Assembly: GCA_043732305.1 (NCBI GenBank)
Contig: JAYTHU010000058.1
Span: 1-38,291 of the forward strand
Length of the DNA stretch: 38,291 nt
Source of the DNA: Oligoflexia bacterium
Lineage (GTDB): Bacteria > Bdellovibrionota > Bdellovibrionia > JABDDW01
Reading direction: 5' to 3'
Part shown: positions 18,239 to 27,933 of the stretch, piece after piece
How positions within the stretch are numbered: position 1 is the stretch's first letter
Layout: each line of letters starts with the position of its first letter
Position numbers and translations under genes: made by a program
The notes under the pieces: model-generated
The model's database searches: none
The model's input: only the letters and a program-made list of their open reading frames with translations
Told to the model about the DNA's origin: nothing

Positions 18239-18433
18239 ATGCTAATGCTTCCCAAAAATATAAAACGAATTCGTAAAGAACATAAGCTTTCCCAAGTGGG
18301 AATGAGTGATCTTGCGGGTATCGATTTGAAAAATTACCAAAAGCTGGAGTCGGGTAAATATTCTCCTAGCATTTACACTTTGCATAAGCTTTCGATTTGT
18401 TCCAGGGCTCACATTAACCAGTTTTTCCTTTGA
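18239..18433 (+). CDS. XRE/Cro-C1 family HTH protein, possibly N-terminally decayed
   Basis: IKRIRKEHKLSQ...YQKLESG..SPSIYTLHKL pattern. Its TGA overlaps the next ATG (TGATG). Confidence 0.75.
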   Translation: MLMLPKNIKRIRKEHKLSQVGMSDLAGIDLKNYQKLESGKYSPSIYTLHKLSICSRAHINQFFL

Positions 18434-20709
18434 TGACTATTTCCCTTGCGCCATCTCAGCTTGACGACTGCGAAAATGAACCTATCCATATCCCTGGAGT
18501 TATTCAGCCTTTTGGAATTCTAGTCGCGCTCGATGCCAAATTAAAAATAATTCATTTGAGTGAGAATGTTGAGCGAATACTTAATCGTAAAGTTGATTCT
18601 CTTTTGGGCGAGTCCATTATGAGTTTGGTGAGATTCAACAATTCTAGTGATCTTGACTGCCTCTCGTATGGCGGAGAAATTCAGACCGATATTAGGACCT
18701 CACTTGACCTCAAAAAAAGTGATGGATCATTCGAAACTTATGATGTTTCCATTCATTCCAATCAATCAAAACTAATTTTAGAATTTGAAGCTAAACCTAA
18801 AAAATCCCTGCCAAAGGGATTGGGATTTATCAAAGAATTAGAAAAATCAATTCTTCAAATCCAAAAATCGAGGACCTTTAAAAATCTCTGCGATGCCACG
18901 ACCAGAGAAATCATAAAACTCACCAATTTCCATAGAGTGATGATTTATAGGTTCGATCCCGAATGGAATGGGGTTGTCATATCCGAATCTCGTTCCGGGC
19001 AAGGCGTAGATTCCTACCTCGATCATCATTTCCCGTCTGCTGACATTCCGGCACAAGCCAGGGCAGTATTCCTTAGAAACTGGGTACGCATGATTCCCGA
19101 TGTGAATTATTTGTCAGATAAAATAGTTCCCACTCTGGGCCCTGTGAAACAGACTCCACTCGATTTGGGTAGATCGCTGCTTCGAGGGGTTTCTCCGTTG
19201 CATATTGAATATTTAAAAAATATGGGTGTAGGCGCGACCATCACAATTTCTCTTATCAAAGATGATCGCCTTTGGGGACTCATTGCTTGCCATAATCTAA
19301 CTCCACTTTGGCTAGACGGCGATGTGCGAGCGGGATGTGAATTTATTGGTAAACTGGTTTCTTCTCAACTGAGATTGCGAGAAGAAAACGACACTGATTT
19401 ATATCGCCAACGATTGCGGGTCGTCCAAGCTTCTTTCATAGAATCCATTCGGTCTGAAGAAAATATTTCGTTAGGACTTCTCAATCAAGGTCCTAGCCTC
19501 TTGGGTCTTACAGGAGCAAGTGGGGCCGCTATTTATTTTGAAGATGAATGGACTCTCGTTGGGAAAACTCCTTCTTTGTTGCAATTAGAAGACCTCAGTG
19601 CTTGGTTGGTTGCACAGACCGGCGAATTTGACGAAGGAGTATTCTGCTCCAGTCATTTGTCCGATTTATTTCCTGGCGCGAAAAGATATGTCGATGTGGC
19701 TTCCGGAATGCTCGCCATTTCTCTTCCTAAAGCCGTTCGAAGTTACATCATGTGGTTTAGACCAGAAGTTATTGAAACTGTCACCTGGGCTGGCAATCCT
19801 GGTATACTCCTCAGACATTTAACTCCGCGCACTTCATTTGAAAGTTGGAAGCAAACTGTCGTTCACACTTCAAAAAATTGGCACGAATCAGAGATTGACG
19901 CAGCTTTAGAACTTAAGCACTCGGTGATAAGTTTTGATCTTCAATGTAAGTTTCGTTTGGAACAAAAAGCACGGGCCACGGCAGAGCGAATCACTTTGGA
20001 AAAAGAAATTCTTTTGAACACCGTCTCTCATGATTTGAAAACCCCACTTACTATTATCGACTTGGCCCTTCAATTGTTTCTACGACAATATCCAAATGAA
20101 GAATCCACACAGGGTGATCGAAAAAAAATATTTGGAGATTTTAGAAGAGTCATTAAAAGGGTCAGTGATGCAAGTCGCCGAATGCAAGGACTTATTCATG
20201 CACTTTTAGATATGGCACAAATTGATGGCGGTAAATTTCCTCTCACTATGAAGCTTGGGGACATTCAGGTTATCATTGCTGAAACAATAGATACGATGAA
20301 ACAAATCGCTCAAGAAAAAGAAATCAGCCTGACATTTCAACCTTATTTAGGGAGATGCGAGCGGATGATCGATGCTGATCGCCTCATTCAAGTGACAACA
20401 AATTTAGTTGGTAACGCCATCAAATTTGCGCCAGTCAAAGGCAGGGTTTCTATGTCTGTTAAAATCAAAGATAATAATTTTGTAATATCCGTCATTGATA
20501 ATGGGCCTGGAATTATTTCCGAGAATCTCCCTCACGTTTTTGATCGGTTTTGGCAAGCCAAAGCAACTGGGCGCACTGGATCTGGATTGGGTTTAGCTAT
20601 CTGCAAGGGAATCATTGAGGCTCATGGTGGCAAAATCTGGATTGAGAGTGAACCTGGTTACGGTACCGTTGTTTCATTTACACTTCCTTATTACCCGGAT
20701 GCCAAATAG
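18433..20709 (+). CDS. bphP: Bacteriophytochrome histidine kinase (PAS2-GAF-PHY-HisKA-HATPase)
   Basis: N-terminal bilin Cys in DCENEPIHIPGVIQPFG. Also RVMIYRF, DIP, SPLHIEYL, LWGLIACH, WAG...PRTSF, SHDLKTPL and N/G1/G2 boxes. Confidence 0.95.
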   Translation: MTISLAPSQLDDCENEPIHIPGVIQPFGILVALDAKLKIIHLSENVERILNRKVDSLLGESIMSLVRFNNSSDLDCLSYGGEIQTDIRTSLDLKKSDGSFETYDVSIHSNQSKLILEFEAKPKKSLPKGLGFIKELEKSILQIQKSRTFKNLCDATTREIIKLTNFHRVMIYRFDPEWNGVVISESRSGQGVDSYLDHHFPSADIPAQARAVFLRNWVRMIPDVNYLSDKIVPTLGPVKQTPLDLGRSLLRGVSPLHIEYLKNMGVGATITISLIKDDRLWGLIACHNLTPLWLDGDVRAGCEFIGKLVSSQLRLREENDTDLYRQRLRVVQASFIESIRSEENISLGLLNQGPSLLGLTGASGAAIYFEDEWTLVGKTPSLLQLEDLSAWLVAQTGEFDEGVFCSSHLSDLFPGAKRYVDVASGMLAISLPKAVRSYIMWFRPEVIETVTWAGNPGILLRHLTPRTSFESWKQTVVHTSKNWHESEIDAALELKHSVISFDLQCKFRLEQKARATAERITLEKEILLNTVSHDLKTPLTIIDLALQLFLRQYPNEESTQGDRKKIFGDFRRVIKRVSDASRRMQGLIHALLDMAQIDGGKFPLTMKLGDIQVIIAETIDTMKQIAQEKEISLTFQPYLGRCERMIDADRLIQVTTNLVGNAIKFAPVKGRVSMSVKIKDNNFVISVIDNGPGIISENLPHVFDRFWQAKATGRTGSGLGLAICKGIIEAHGGKIWIESEPGYGTVVSFTLPYYPDAK

Positions 20710-20769
20710 ACCTGGATCCATTTTTGCAAAAGAGTCAATTTGAATTTAGGCTGTTTTGAAGGAGGATCT

Positions 20770-21129
20770 ATGAATTTAAATACTGAAATTTCGATGTGCC
20801 AAGCTGGAACGGGATTCATGTCTTCATTGGCTGAAACGATTCAACGAATGGAAGCGGAAGGCTACGACGAGAGCATGCGCGCCGAGTACGACCATTTTGA
20901 ATGTTGCTCTGGCAGGATTAAATTATTTGCTGCTGATTTCTCAGTTGATCAAATGTTTCGATTCGAGAATACTTCTGACCCAGATGATCAAGCCATTGCG
21001 TATGCAATTACATCAGATGTATATGATATTAAAGGGATTTACGTGGATAGTTACGGGCTTTATCATGATGCTCTGTCACATGGGATGATCTTGAAATTAC
21101 TCTCTTGTCCAACATCGGACATGAAGTAA
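20770..21129 (+). CDS. Conserved hypothetical protein; the family is often auto-labelled 'phosphoribosylpyrophosphate synthetase' but has no PRPP synthetase motifs
   Basis: GGAGGA RBS precedes ATG 20770. Pattern FRFENTSDPDDQAIAYAI...KGIYVDSYGLY. Confidence 0.65.
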   Translation: MNLNTEISMCQAGTGFMSSLAETIQRMEAEGYDESMRAEYDHFECCSGRIKLFAADFSVDQMFRFENTSDPDDQAIAYAITSDVYDIKGIYVDSYGLYHDALSHGMILKLLSCPTSDMK

Positions 21130-21164
21130 ATTATCCACTTTAAACGTCATTAATTTCCACTTTG

Positions 21165-21860
21165 TCATAATGAGGCAATGAATCTGTTTATGCCGGATAT
21201 AACTTCTTGAGGGATTTCGTGACCGCCCTCAAAACTTTGCAAGCGGCCTTTTAGGCCCGCATCAGTTAAAACTTTTTCAAGTTTGAGAGCTCCGTCCAAA
21301 GATAAAATCTCATCTTCTGTTCCATGGCTCTGGAAAAACTTTAGTCCCACTTTTGTTTTCGCTTTATCAATCCATGTTCTTTGATCAATCAAAGCCCCAG
21401 ATAAAATAATTAAACCCTTTGGCATTTCCTTACACATGAGGGCTGTCATGGTTGCAAGCATCGCACCCTGACTGAAGCCTCCTAGTATTACGTTGGACCA
21501 AGGGACTTTCAATTCTTCCACAAGTTGAAAAATTTTTTCCCGTGCGTTTTTCATACCGCCCGGAGTAGTGTTTGCAATATCAAGATGCCTGCCTTCAGCA
21601 GTTGCTTTTTCCAAAGCTTTGACATCCGTTTGAAACCACGCTTGAGCTTTGTTGTTTCCATCTACTAAAACTTCAATTGTACCTTGCGGAAAAATCCATG
21701 TAGCACCAGAAGGAGCTTTGATCACATTTGCTAATGAAACTAAATCTGTTGCATCGGAACCATATCCGTGAAAAAAAATAACAAGAGGGCCTCCTGGTTT
21801 ACCGGGAATCTCAATGCCTTCGATCGGGCCAATTTTTTTGAGTTTACTTTGTCTTGCCAT
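21165..21860 (-). CDS. Phospholipase/carboxylesterase (alpha/beta hydrolase)
   Basis: HGYG, GFSQG nucleophile, HGTED and GGHEI motifs. Confidence 0.9.
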   Translation of the reverse strand: MARQSKLKKIGPIEGIEIPGKPGGPLVIFFHGYGSDATDLVSLANVIKAPSGATWIFPQGTIEVLVDGNNKAQAWFQTDVKALEKATAEGRHLDIANTTPGGMKNAREKIFQLVEELKVPWSNVILGGFSQGAMLATMTALMCKEMPKGLIILSGALIDQRTWIDKAKTKVGLKFFQSHGTEDEILSLDGALKLEKVLTDAGLKGRLQSFEGGHEIPQEVISGINRFIASL

Positions 21861-22653
21861 TTTAAATTGTAGTCCTATTCAGATAAGATTTGATTCGAAG
21901 AAGCGACAGAGTGTCGAAAGTTCAAAAGATTTTGTAAATAGCCATTGGCTCCGGCGGTTTCAATAATCAATAAATTCTTCGTTTCCATATTTATGTCACC
22001 TAAGTTTGATAGTATATTTTTTTACTATTTAAAATCTATTCGGTTCATGACCTCAAAAATTGCATCCATTGGTTATCTATATCGTAGGAGATTGATAAAT
22101 GCTTTAGCAATTTTTAGAGTCTCGCCGAGTTGGAATTCTGCAACTAGTTGTAGAGAAATCCTTGAAGCTAGCGGGCCCATTGCGTAGTTCTGCATGCGCT
22201 TTTTCTCATGTATGTTGATTTAACCATTGCTTCGCCCGTAAGGGTTTTTGTTCATGAGTTTCGCAATGCGAATCTTTCACTTATGCGAGATCTCATCGAT
22301 AATCGGACTGGATAGGGTTAGGACTGACCTTCATTCGTAAAGCCTCAACTTTACTTCAAGGTACGGATTCTATTCAAAATTTTACCGGGTGGGGTTTTTT
22401 GTTTCAAATTGATATTCCATAAACATTTTTACCTGGACTATTAGGGCAAGCGGCAGAGTGAGTATGTTTTATTTAACCTGAGAAATAACGCGCCCTAACT
22501 ATCAACTAATTTAGTTAATCATCAAAAAAATCCTGGTATATAAAACAATTGAAGTTACAATTAAGGCTAGAGCAATTAAAAACAAAATTCTGGAAAACGA
22601 TCTCTATTCCTTTTCTAACCCTTTGTGCTTTTACGCTAACGTGAGGTTCACGC

Positions 22654-24240
22654 ATGGTGCCTTTAATCAGAATCCTATTTATCGAGGATTCAACAAATGA
22701 TTGCGAAGTTTTGTTGGCGCATTTGCGAGACAATGGTTATACTCCCGAAGCTTTTCGTGTGGAAACTGAAGCAGAGATGCGCGCAATTGCGACGGATGCG
22801 AAAATCGATGTAATCTTATGCGATCTTAATCTTCTTCAGTTTGAGGTATATATTGCTTTAAGAATTGCCAAAGAAAATTTTCCTCATGTTCCGTTTATTA
22901 TTGTTTCTGGAACAATGACTGAAGACCTAGCTGTCAGAGTTCTTAAAGCTGGCGCGAACGATTATGTTCTGAAAGATAAATTATCTCGCTTAATTCCGGC
23001 AATTGAACGAGAGTTGTTGGACGCCTCCTCGAAAGCTCTGCATCTTAAAATGCAAGAGGAATTAAAAGCGAGAGAAGACGAGCTTCGCCAGTCCCACAAA
23101 CTTGAGGCCGTTGGCCAGCTTGCCGGCGGGATCGCACATGATTTCAATAATATTCTTGCTGTCATTCTGATTCAAGCTGAAGTGTCCCTCGATTTCCTTG
23201 ATGGCGACCCTGAGAGAAGAAAGCATAACGAAAATCTTTATCAGAGTTTTGATCAAATAAAAAATGTTGCCCTTCGCGCCGCAAATCTCACCCGCCAGCT
23301 TCTAGCTTTCAGCCGAAAACAAGTCATTCAGCCTCAGGTGATTGATTTGAATGAGTCTGTTCGGCAAATGGCGGAGATGTTAGGGCGCGTTATTGAGGAG
23401 AATATAAAGCTAGAGTTAGAACTTGATAAGCAAATCAAAAACATCAAAGTTGATCCAGGGCATTTCGAGCAAATTATTATGAACCTGGTCGTAAATAGTC
23501 GAGACGCCATGCCTGAAGGCGGCAAGCTGACGATGAAAACTGAGAATTCCTCTATCGATGAAACCGTTGCTTCCAAGACCAGGACCATACCGGGTCCTTA
23601 CACTTTGCTTGAAATCTCGGATTCTGGGTCAGGAATGTCTGAAGAAACTCAGAGAAAAATATTTGATCCTTTTTTTACAACCAAGCCCGTGGGCAAAGGC
23701 ACTGGTTTAGGACTTTCGACGGTGTACGGGATTGTGAAGCAAAACAAAGGCCTTATTTTTGTCGAGAGCGCCATCGGTATGGGAACTAAATTTAGAATCT
23801 TTTTTCCGCAGACAGACGAAAAGGTAAAAGTTTCTGCAATCATGAACACTGAGATGAATAAGCTGAGAGGCTCTGAAACTGTCTTAGTTGCAGAAGATCA
23901 GAGCGAGCTAAGAGATCTCGTTTGCGAAACGCTAAAATCAAGCGGTTATAACGTCATCCAGGCCAAAGATGGTATTGAGGCTTTTAATCTCATTGCTTCA
24001 AATAAAGTCAAAATTGATCTCGTTTTGACGGACGTCGTTATGCCCCATATGGGTGGACACGAACTCTCTCAAAAGGCGAAAAGTGTCGAATCGAAAGCAA
24101 AATTTTTATTCCTTTCCGGGTACACTGAAGATGTTTTAATGCAGCAGGGAATCACTTCTGGCCAAACGTATTTTATGGAAAAACCGTTTGCTATGAAGTC
24201 CCTGTTGAGTAAAGTTCGTCATATTTTGGACTCTCGGTGA
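22654..24240 (+). CDS. Hybrid sensor kinase (REC-HisKA-HATPase-REC)
   Basis: N-terminal REC domain. LAGGIAHDFNN, NSRDAM and PFFTTKPVGKGTGLGL motifs. C-terminal REC with TDVVMP. Confidence 0.93.
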   Translation: MVPLIRILFIEDSTNDCEVLLAHLRDNGYTPEAFRVETEAEMRAIATDAKIDVILCDLNLLQFEVYIALRIAKENFPHVPFIIVSGTMTEDLAVRVLKAGANDYVLKDKLSRLIPAIERELLDASSKALHLKMQEELKAREDELRQSHKLEAVGQLAGGIAHDFNNILAVILIQAEVSLDFLDGDPERRKHNENLYQSFDQIKNVALRAANLTRQLLAFSRKQVIQPQVIDLNESVRQMAEMLGRVIEENIKLELELDKQIKNIKVDPGHFEQIIMNLVVNSRDAMPEGGKLTMKTENSSIDETVASKTRTIPGPYTLLEISDSGSGMSEETQRKIFDPFFTTKPVGKGTGLGLSTVYGIVKQNKGLIFVESAIGMGTKFRIFFPQTDEKVKVSAIMNTEMNKLRGSETVLVAEDQSELRDLVCETLKSSGYNVIQAKDGIEAFNLIASNKVKIDLVLTDVVMPHMGGHELSQKAKSVESKAKFLFLSGYTEDVLMQQGITSGQTYFMEKPFAMKSLLSKVRHILDSR

Positions 24241-24256
24241 GTAGAGCGGAAGGCCT

Positions 24257-24979
24257 ATCGTCCCCCCACAATTCCATAAGCAACATATATTTAAAAAAAT
24301 AGTGGCATGTGTTGTTCTGGGTGTTTTGATTGTTGTTGTATGGACCAGAATTTCTAATCTTCATCATGTCGAGCTTCTTATTGGCCGCGCCGGTTCGGTT
24401 AGTCATTCGTCAGAAGTGCTAGCAGAGATAAGATCTGCAGCACTTGATGTTCAGGGATCTAATTTTGCGCAAACACAAAAAGATATCAAGTATTTGTCTT
24501 TGTTAACCCAGGAAAATCCTAGCCAGTCAATTAAAGTCAAAATGTTAGACGGATTAATCGGGGCGAACCTACTGGCGTTTTCAAAATCGAAAATGGAAAT
24601 GATAGGGATTCTTTCCGAGATGGAAGTGGAAAAGTAAAGGTTGCTTGGTCTAAGGGTAACAATGGCAAAACAGCAAGAAAAAGCCACTTTTTGAAATATT
24701 GGATTTGGTGCGATAGTTGTGATTGTTTTTCTTTTTCTCTTAATATTTGTCGCGAACGCCATTGTTCGACGAAAATCAAATCAACACGCTGAATTGCAAG
24801 AAAGAAATGCGAAAATTTAAATTGCTATCGATAGCATTGGCGACGCCGTGATTGCCTGCGATCTTGAAGGAAACGGTATCGGATTAGCAACGGTTCAAAG
24901 AATCATCAGTCGACATGGCGGTAGTGTTTGGGCCGAAGGAAAAATTGGCGGCGGCGCTACATTTTATTTTACTCTTTAA
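24257..24979 (+). pseudogene. Decayed membrane sensor histidine kinase (TM-CHASE3-like-TM-PAS start fused to HATPase end)
   Basis: One frame with internal stops at 24635, 24692 and 24818. [13 protein letters not shown] joins directly to [31 protein letters not shown]. Confidence 0.85.
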
Positions 24980-26619
24980 GCAATTTTCTGGACGTAGGGG
25001 AGTGTGATAACAAATTGAGTGTTCGGACAGTCATGATTGACGGTGATTGTTCCATTGTGTTTTTCTAAAATACTTTTTGATACCGTAAGGCCCAAACCAG
25101 TTCCCATACCAATAATTTTTGAAGTGAAAAATGGCTGGAATAATTTTTCTCTAATTGTAATCGGAATTCCAGGTCCACTGTCAGTGACGGTGACATCCAT
25201 CGCATATTCGTGCTCAATGACTTGTATCTTTACCCATTTTTCTGAGAACATTTCTACTGCGTCGCAGGAATTATTCAAAAGATTAAAAATCACCTGACCT
25301 ATTTGCGCTGATTGGCACTCAAGAAATATGTTGACTGGAACACCCGAAAGATCAAGTTGAATACTATGATTGAGGAATTTGTCTCCGCAGAGTACTAACG
25401 TGTTATCGATAACTTCCTTTAAAGAAATGTTAACAAATAAATCGTCTTCGCCACTGCATGCGAAAGTCTTAAGTGCTTTAATAATTTTTGCAATCCGGGC
25501 AGATGTCAGCTCAATTTTTTCAGTGAGTTTGATTACCGTATTGGAATCGACGGGTCCAAGTGAAGCCAAATCTTTTAATTGTCCCGCTCGTCCGTGAATC
25601 ACCGTCAGAGGGTTATTGATCTCGTGGGCTATTCTTCCAGCCATATCTCCTAGAGCCGAAAGTTTTGAACTTTGAACTATTTTACGTTGCTGGTCATGAA
25701 TAGTATGTTCAGCAATTTTTCTCTCAGTGTTATCGATGACAACTGCTTTAAATTTCTCGACTTCGCCTTTTTCATTTCTAAACGATTCATATCTGCAAGT
25801 GACGTAAAGAACTTTTCCATCCTCTCTCACTATTTTTCGTTCATACTCTCCCGTTTTTCCTTCTAAAATTAATTTTTCGCGTTGTAGGTCTATTAGCGCC
25901 ATGTCTTCCTCAAGAAAAATAGCCCTATATCTACTATAAGTGATCGGATTCTCGGTAACCGGTATCCCGAAAATTCGCAAACATTCATCGGAGCAGTCAA
26001 ACATTCCTGTACTATTTGTATATTCAAAGTTACCGACTTTTGAAAGTTTCTGAGCGTTGAGAAGTCGTTCCTTTGATATGGCTAGTTCATCGTTGGCTTC
26101 ACGCAGTAGATTCTGCGCATGATCTTTATTAAAAGCGGCAATAAATAGAACGATGAATGTAGTGGCTAATCCACTCAAGAAAATACTTATTGGAAAAAGA
26201 GGGTCGGCAGTTACAACCAGTCCTCCAGTCATAATCAATGACGCCACAACGTAAATTAGAAGGGACCGCATAGAATAAAAAGTTGAGGCCACGCAATAGA
26301 TAACGATATAGATCATCACGACATTCACTGGTTTTAGACTATTTAGATATCCCAAATAGAAAATATGTGCGGAGATAAGGCAGCAACACGCGATATAAAG
26401 ATTTGCAATATGTTTGTCTATGACCTTGAATAGGCGACCTCCTCCTGCAACTAAAAGAAATATCCCTGCAATTGTCAGTCGGACTGGCAAAGAATCTTCC
26501 AGATCGGGCATGGTGTGATGAAGTATAAACCACCAAAGAGGGTTGACTATCGCCCCGAAAATTAGGGTTCGATAGTAAATTTGATTTTTGTAAGAATTCT
26601 CTCTGTCGATGCTTTTCAT
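24976..26619 (-). CDS. Multi-TM PAS sensor histidine kinase
   Basis: Hydrophobic N-terminus, [24 protein letters not shown] and PFFTSK..GTGLGL motifs. Confidence 0.92.
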   Translation of the reverse strand: MKSIDRENSYKNQIYYRTLIFGAIVNPLWWFILHHTMPDLEDSLPVRLTIAGIFLLVAGGGRLFKVIDKHIANLYIACCCLISAHIFYLGYLNSLKPVNVVMIYIVIYCVASTFYSMRSLLIYVVASLIMTGGLVVTADPLFPISIFLSGLATTFIVLFIAAFNKDHAQNLLREANDELAISKERLLNAQKLSKVGNFEYTNSTGMFDCSDECLRIFGIPVTENPITYSRYRAIFLEEDMALIDLQREKLILEGKTGEYERKIVREDGKVLYVTCRYESFRNEKGEVEKFKAVVIDNTERKIAEHTIHDQQRKIVQSSKLSALGDMAGRIAHEINNPLTVIHGRAGQLKDLASLGPVDSNTVIKLTEKIELTSARIAKIIKALKTFACSGEDDLFVNISLKEVIDNTLVLCGDKFLNHSIQLDLSGVPVNIFLECQSAQIGQVIFNLLNNSCDAVEMFSEKWVKIQVIEHEYAMDVTVTDSGPGIPITIREKLFQPFFTSKIIGMGTGLGLTVSKSILEKHNGTITVNHDCPNTQFVITLPYVQKIA

Positions 26620-26631
26620 TTATCCCGGATT

Positions 26632-27351
26632 TTATTTCGGGATGAATGAAAGGAGATTGTTTTTGCCAATGTAATCTACAACAAAAGTTAGGCTTTTTTC
26701 TTTCAGGAATGAAAATTCAAGGCCTACGTCGATCGCTTGAGATCCGCCACTTTCCTTTCTGATCCAATTTATTTTTCCGTCCCCTTCAATTATAGCGGAA
26801 GAGTCATTTTCGAAAACAATTTCAAAAGAAATTTCTTCTCCCGTTTTAGTTTTTATGTCTTGAGACAAAATGGAAAGCCCTCCTCTGCCTATTTTTAATT
26901 GCCCATTTAATAGGGCTGAATCAAGCGCGGGGAGGTTGAATATGAGTTTATTGAGTTTGCTATTTTTCTGCTTGCGCCAACGCTCTGTCATTGGGAGTAA
27001 AGCGTTTTTGATAGAGGCTATTAAGGCGCGACGGTCAAAAGGTTTTGGAAACATCCCGTTAGCCCCAAGATCCAATGCGTTTTCAAGTGTGCTATCACTG
27101 AAGGCAGAAACAAAAACTACGGGAACTGTTTTGTTCTGGCTTCTTAGATTTTTCAGAAAATCAATGCCCGTCATAACCGGCATTCGAATATCGCTGATAA
27201 TGGCGTCAAAGTCAGATTTAAGGGCTAAATCGAGAGCGATCTTTCCATTTTCGGCAGGCGTGACTTCAAATCCTGCGGCTTCGAAATCGTAGGAGATCAA
27301 TTCTCTTAATTCTATTTCATCGTCAACAATTAGTATTTTTGGTGCATCCAT
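26632..27351 (-). CDS. Response regulator with C-terminal PilZ-like domain
   Basis: REC domain begins at MDAPKILIVDDE (ATG 27351), with SDIRMP and KPF. The C-terminus GRGG...INWIR...GLEF resembles PilZ. Confidence 0.8.
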   Translation of the reverse strand: MDAPKILIVDDEIELRELISYDFEAAGFEVTPAENGKIALDLALKSDFDAIISDIRMPVMTGIDFLKNLRSQNKTVPVVFVSAFSDSTLENALDLGANGMFPKPFDRRALIASIKNALLPMTERWRKQKNSKLNKLIFNLPALDSALLNGQLKIGRGGLSILSQDIKTKTGEEISFEIVFENDSSAIIEGDGKINWIRKESGGSQAIDVGLEFSFLKEKSLTFVVDYIGKNNLLSFIPK

Positions 27352-27418
27352 ACTAGACTCTCGGTATAAATAAGGTTTCTTTAGAGTCTTTTTAGAAAAT
27401 CCATTAACAGGAAGAAAA

Positions 27419-27886
27419 TTGAAAAAGTCTAGGCTAGTTTTCCTCATCATATGTTTTTGGAGTGCCATTACTCTTGGCGATGCTGATCGCTCTAGCAAAG
27501 CTTCCTTCGATCGATTTCAACAATCAGTAATCTTTGGCGTTGGCGCTGGCGCGCTATGTGGTATTGCGGCTATTACAAATTTCAAAACTAATTTCAGTAA
27601 AAACTCAGATCCCCAAAATGTATTTCGTGGCATGAGTTACGGTCTTTACGCGGGAATATTACTTGGACTATATTTAACTTTTCATCATGATAAATCTTAT
27701 ATCTACGAAAACCCTGATTACCGACCCGATATCGAAAATCCTCCAGCAGATTCGCAGTATAGAATCCGTATAAGAGATTCAAATAAATTTCGATTGGGAT
27801 CTTTTATCCCGGTCGAAGTTAGCCCAATCCTATCGGCGTCCACAGTTACTGGACTTTGGGGCCAATGGAATGTTTTTTTGTTCTAA
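27419..27886 (+). CDS. Hypothetical exported/membrane protein
   Basis: Signal-like N-terminus and Gly-rich hydrophobic helices. Upstream of the efflux operon. Confidence 0.55.
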   Translation: MKKSRLVFLIICFWSAITLGDADRSSKASFDRFQQSVIFGVGAGALCGIAAITNFKTNFSKNSDPQNVFRGMSYGLYAGILLGLYLTFHHDKSYIYENPDYRPDIENPPADSQYRIRIRDSNKFRLGSFIPVEVSPILSASTVTGLWGQWNVFLF

Positions 27887-27933
27887 TCAAAAATACATGT
27901 ATCTCTTTGTAGGCTTGATGACGATAGGTCTTC

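Noticed and set aside
17942..18240. Prophage or integrative element attachment site at the tRNA
   Set aside because: No integrase, phage genes or repeated tRNA 3' end seen in the window.
19783..19845. Apparently truncated PHY tongue in the phytochrome
   Set aside because: The WAG and PRxSF motifs are intact, and tongue length varies among BphPs, so this is not evidence of a defect.
21990..22650. Possible pseudogene or RNA in the long intergenic gap
   Set aside because: Translations gave no recognisable domain and I found no convincing stems.
13549..24820. Several in-frame stops within coding-like frames, suggesting stop-codon reassignment
   Set aside because: The stops are mixed (TAA and TGA), and intact genes end normally at TAA, TGA and TAG. 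Decay or sequencing error is the simpler explanation.
27352..27498. N-terminal extension of the response regulator in the ORF track
   Set aside because: It overlaps the divergent gene, and the REC domain starts at ATG 27351.
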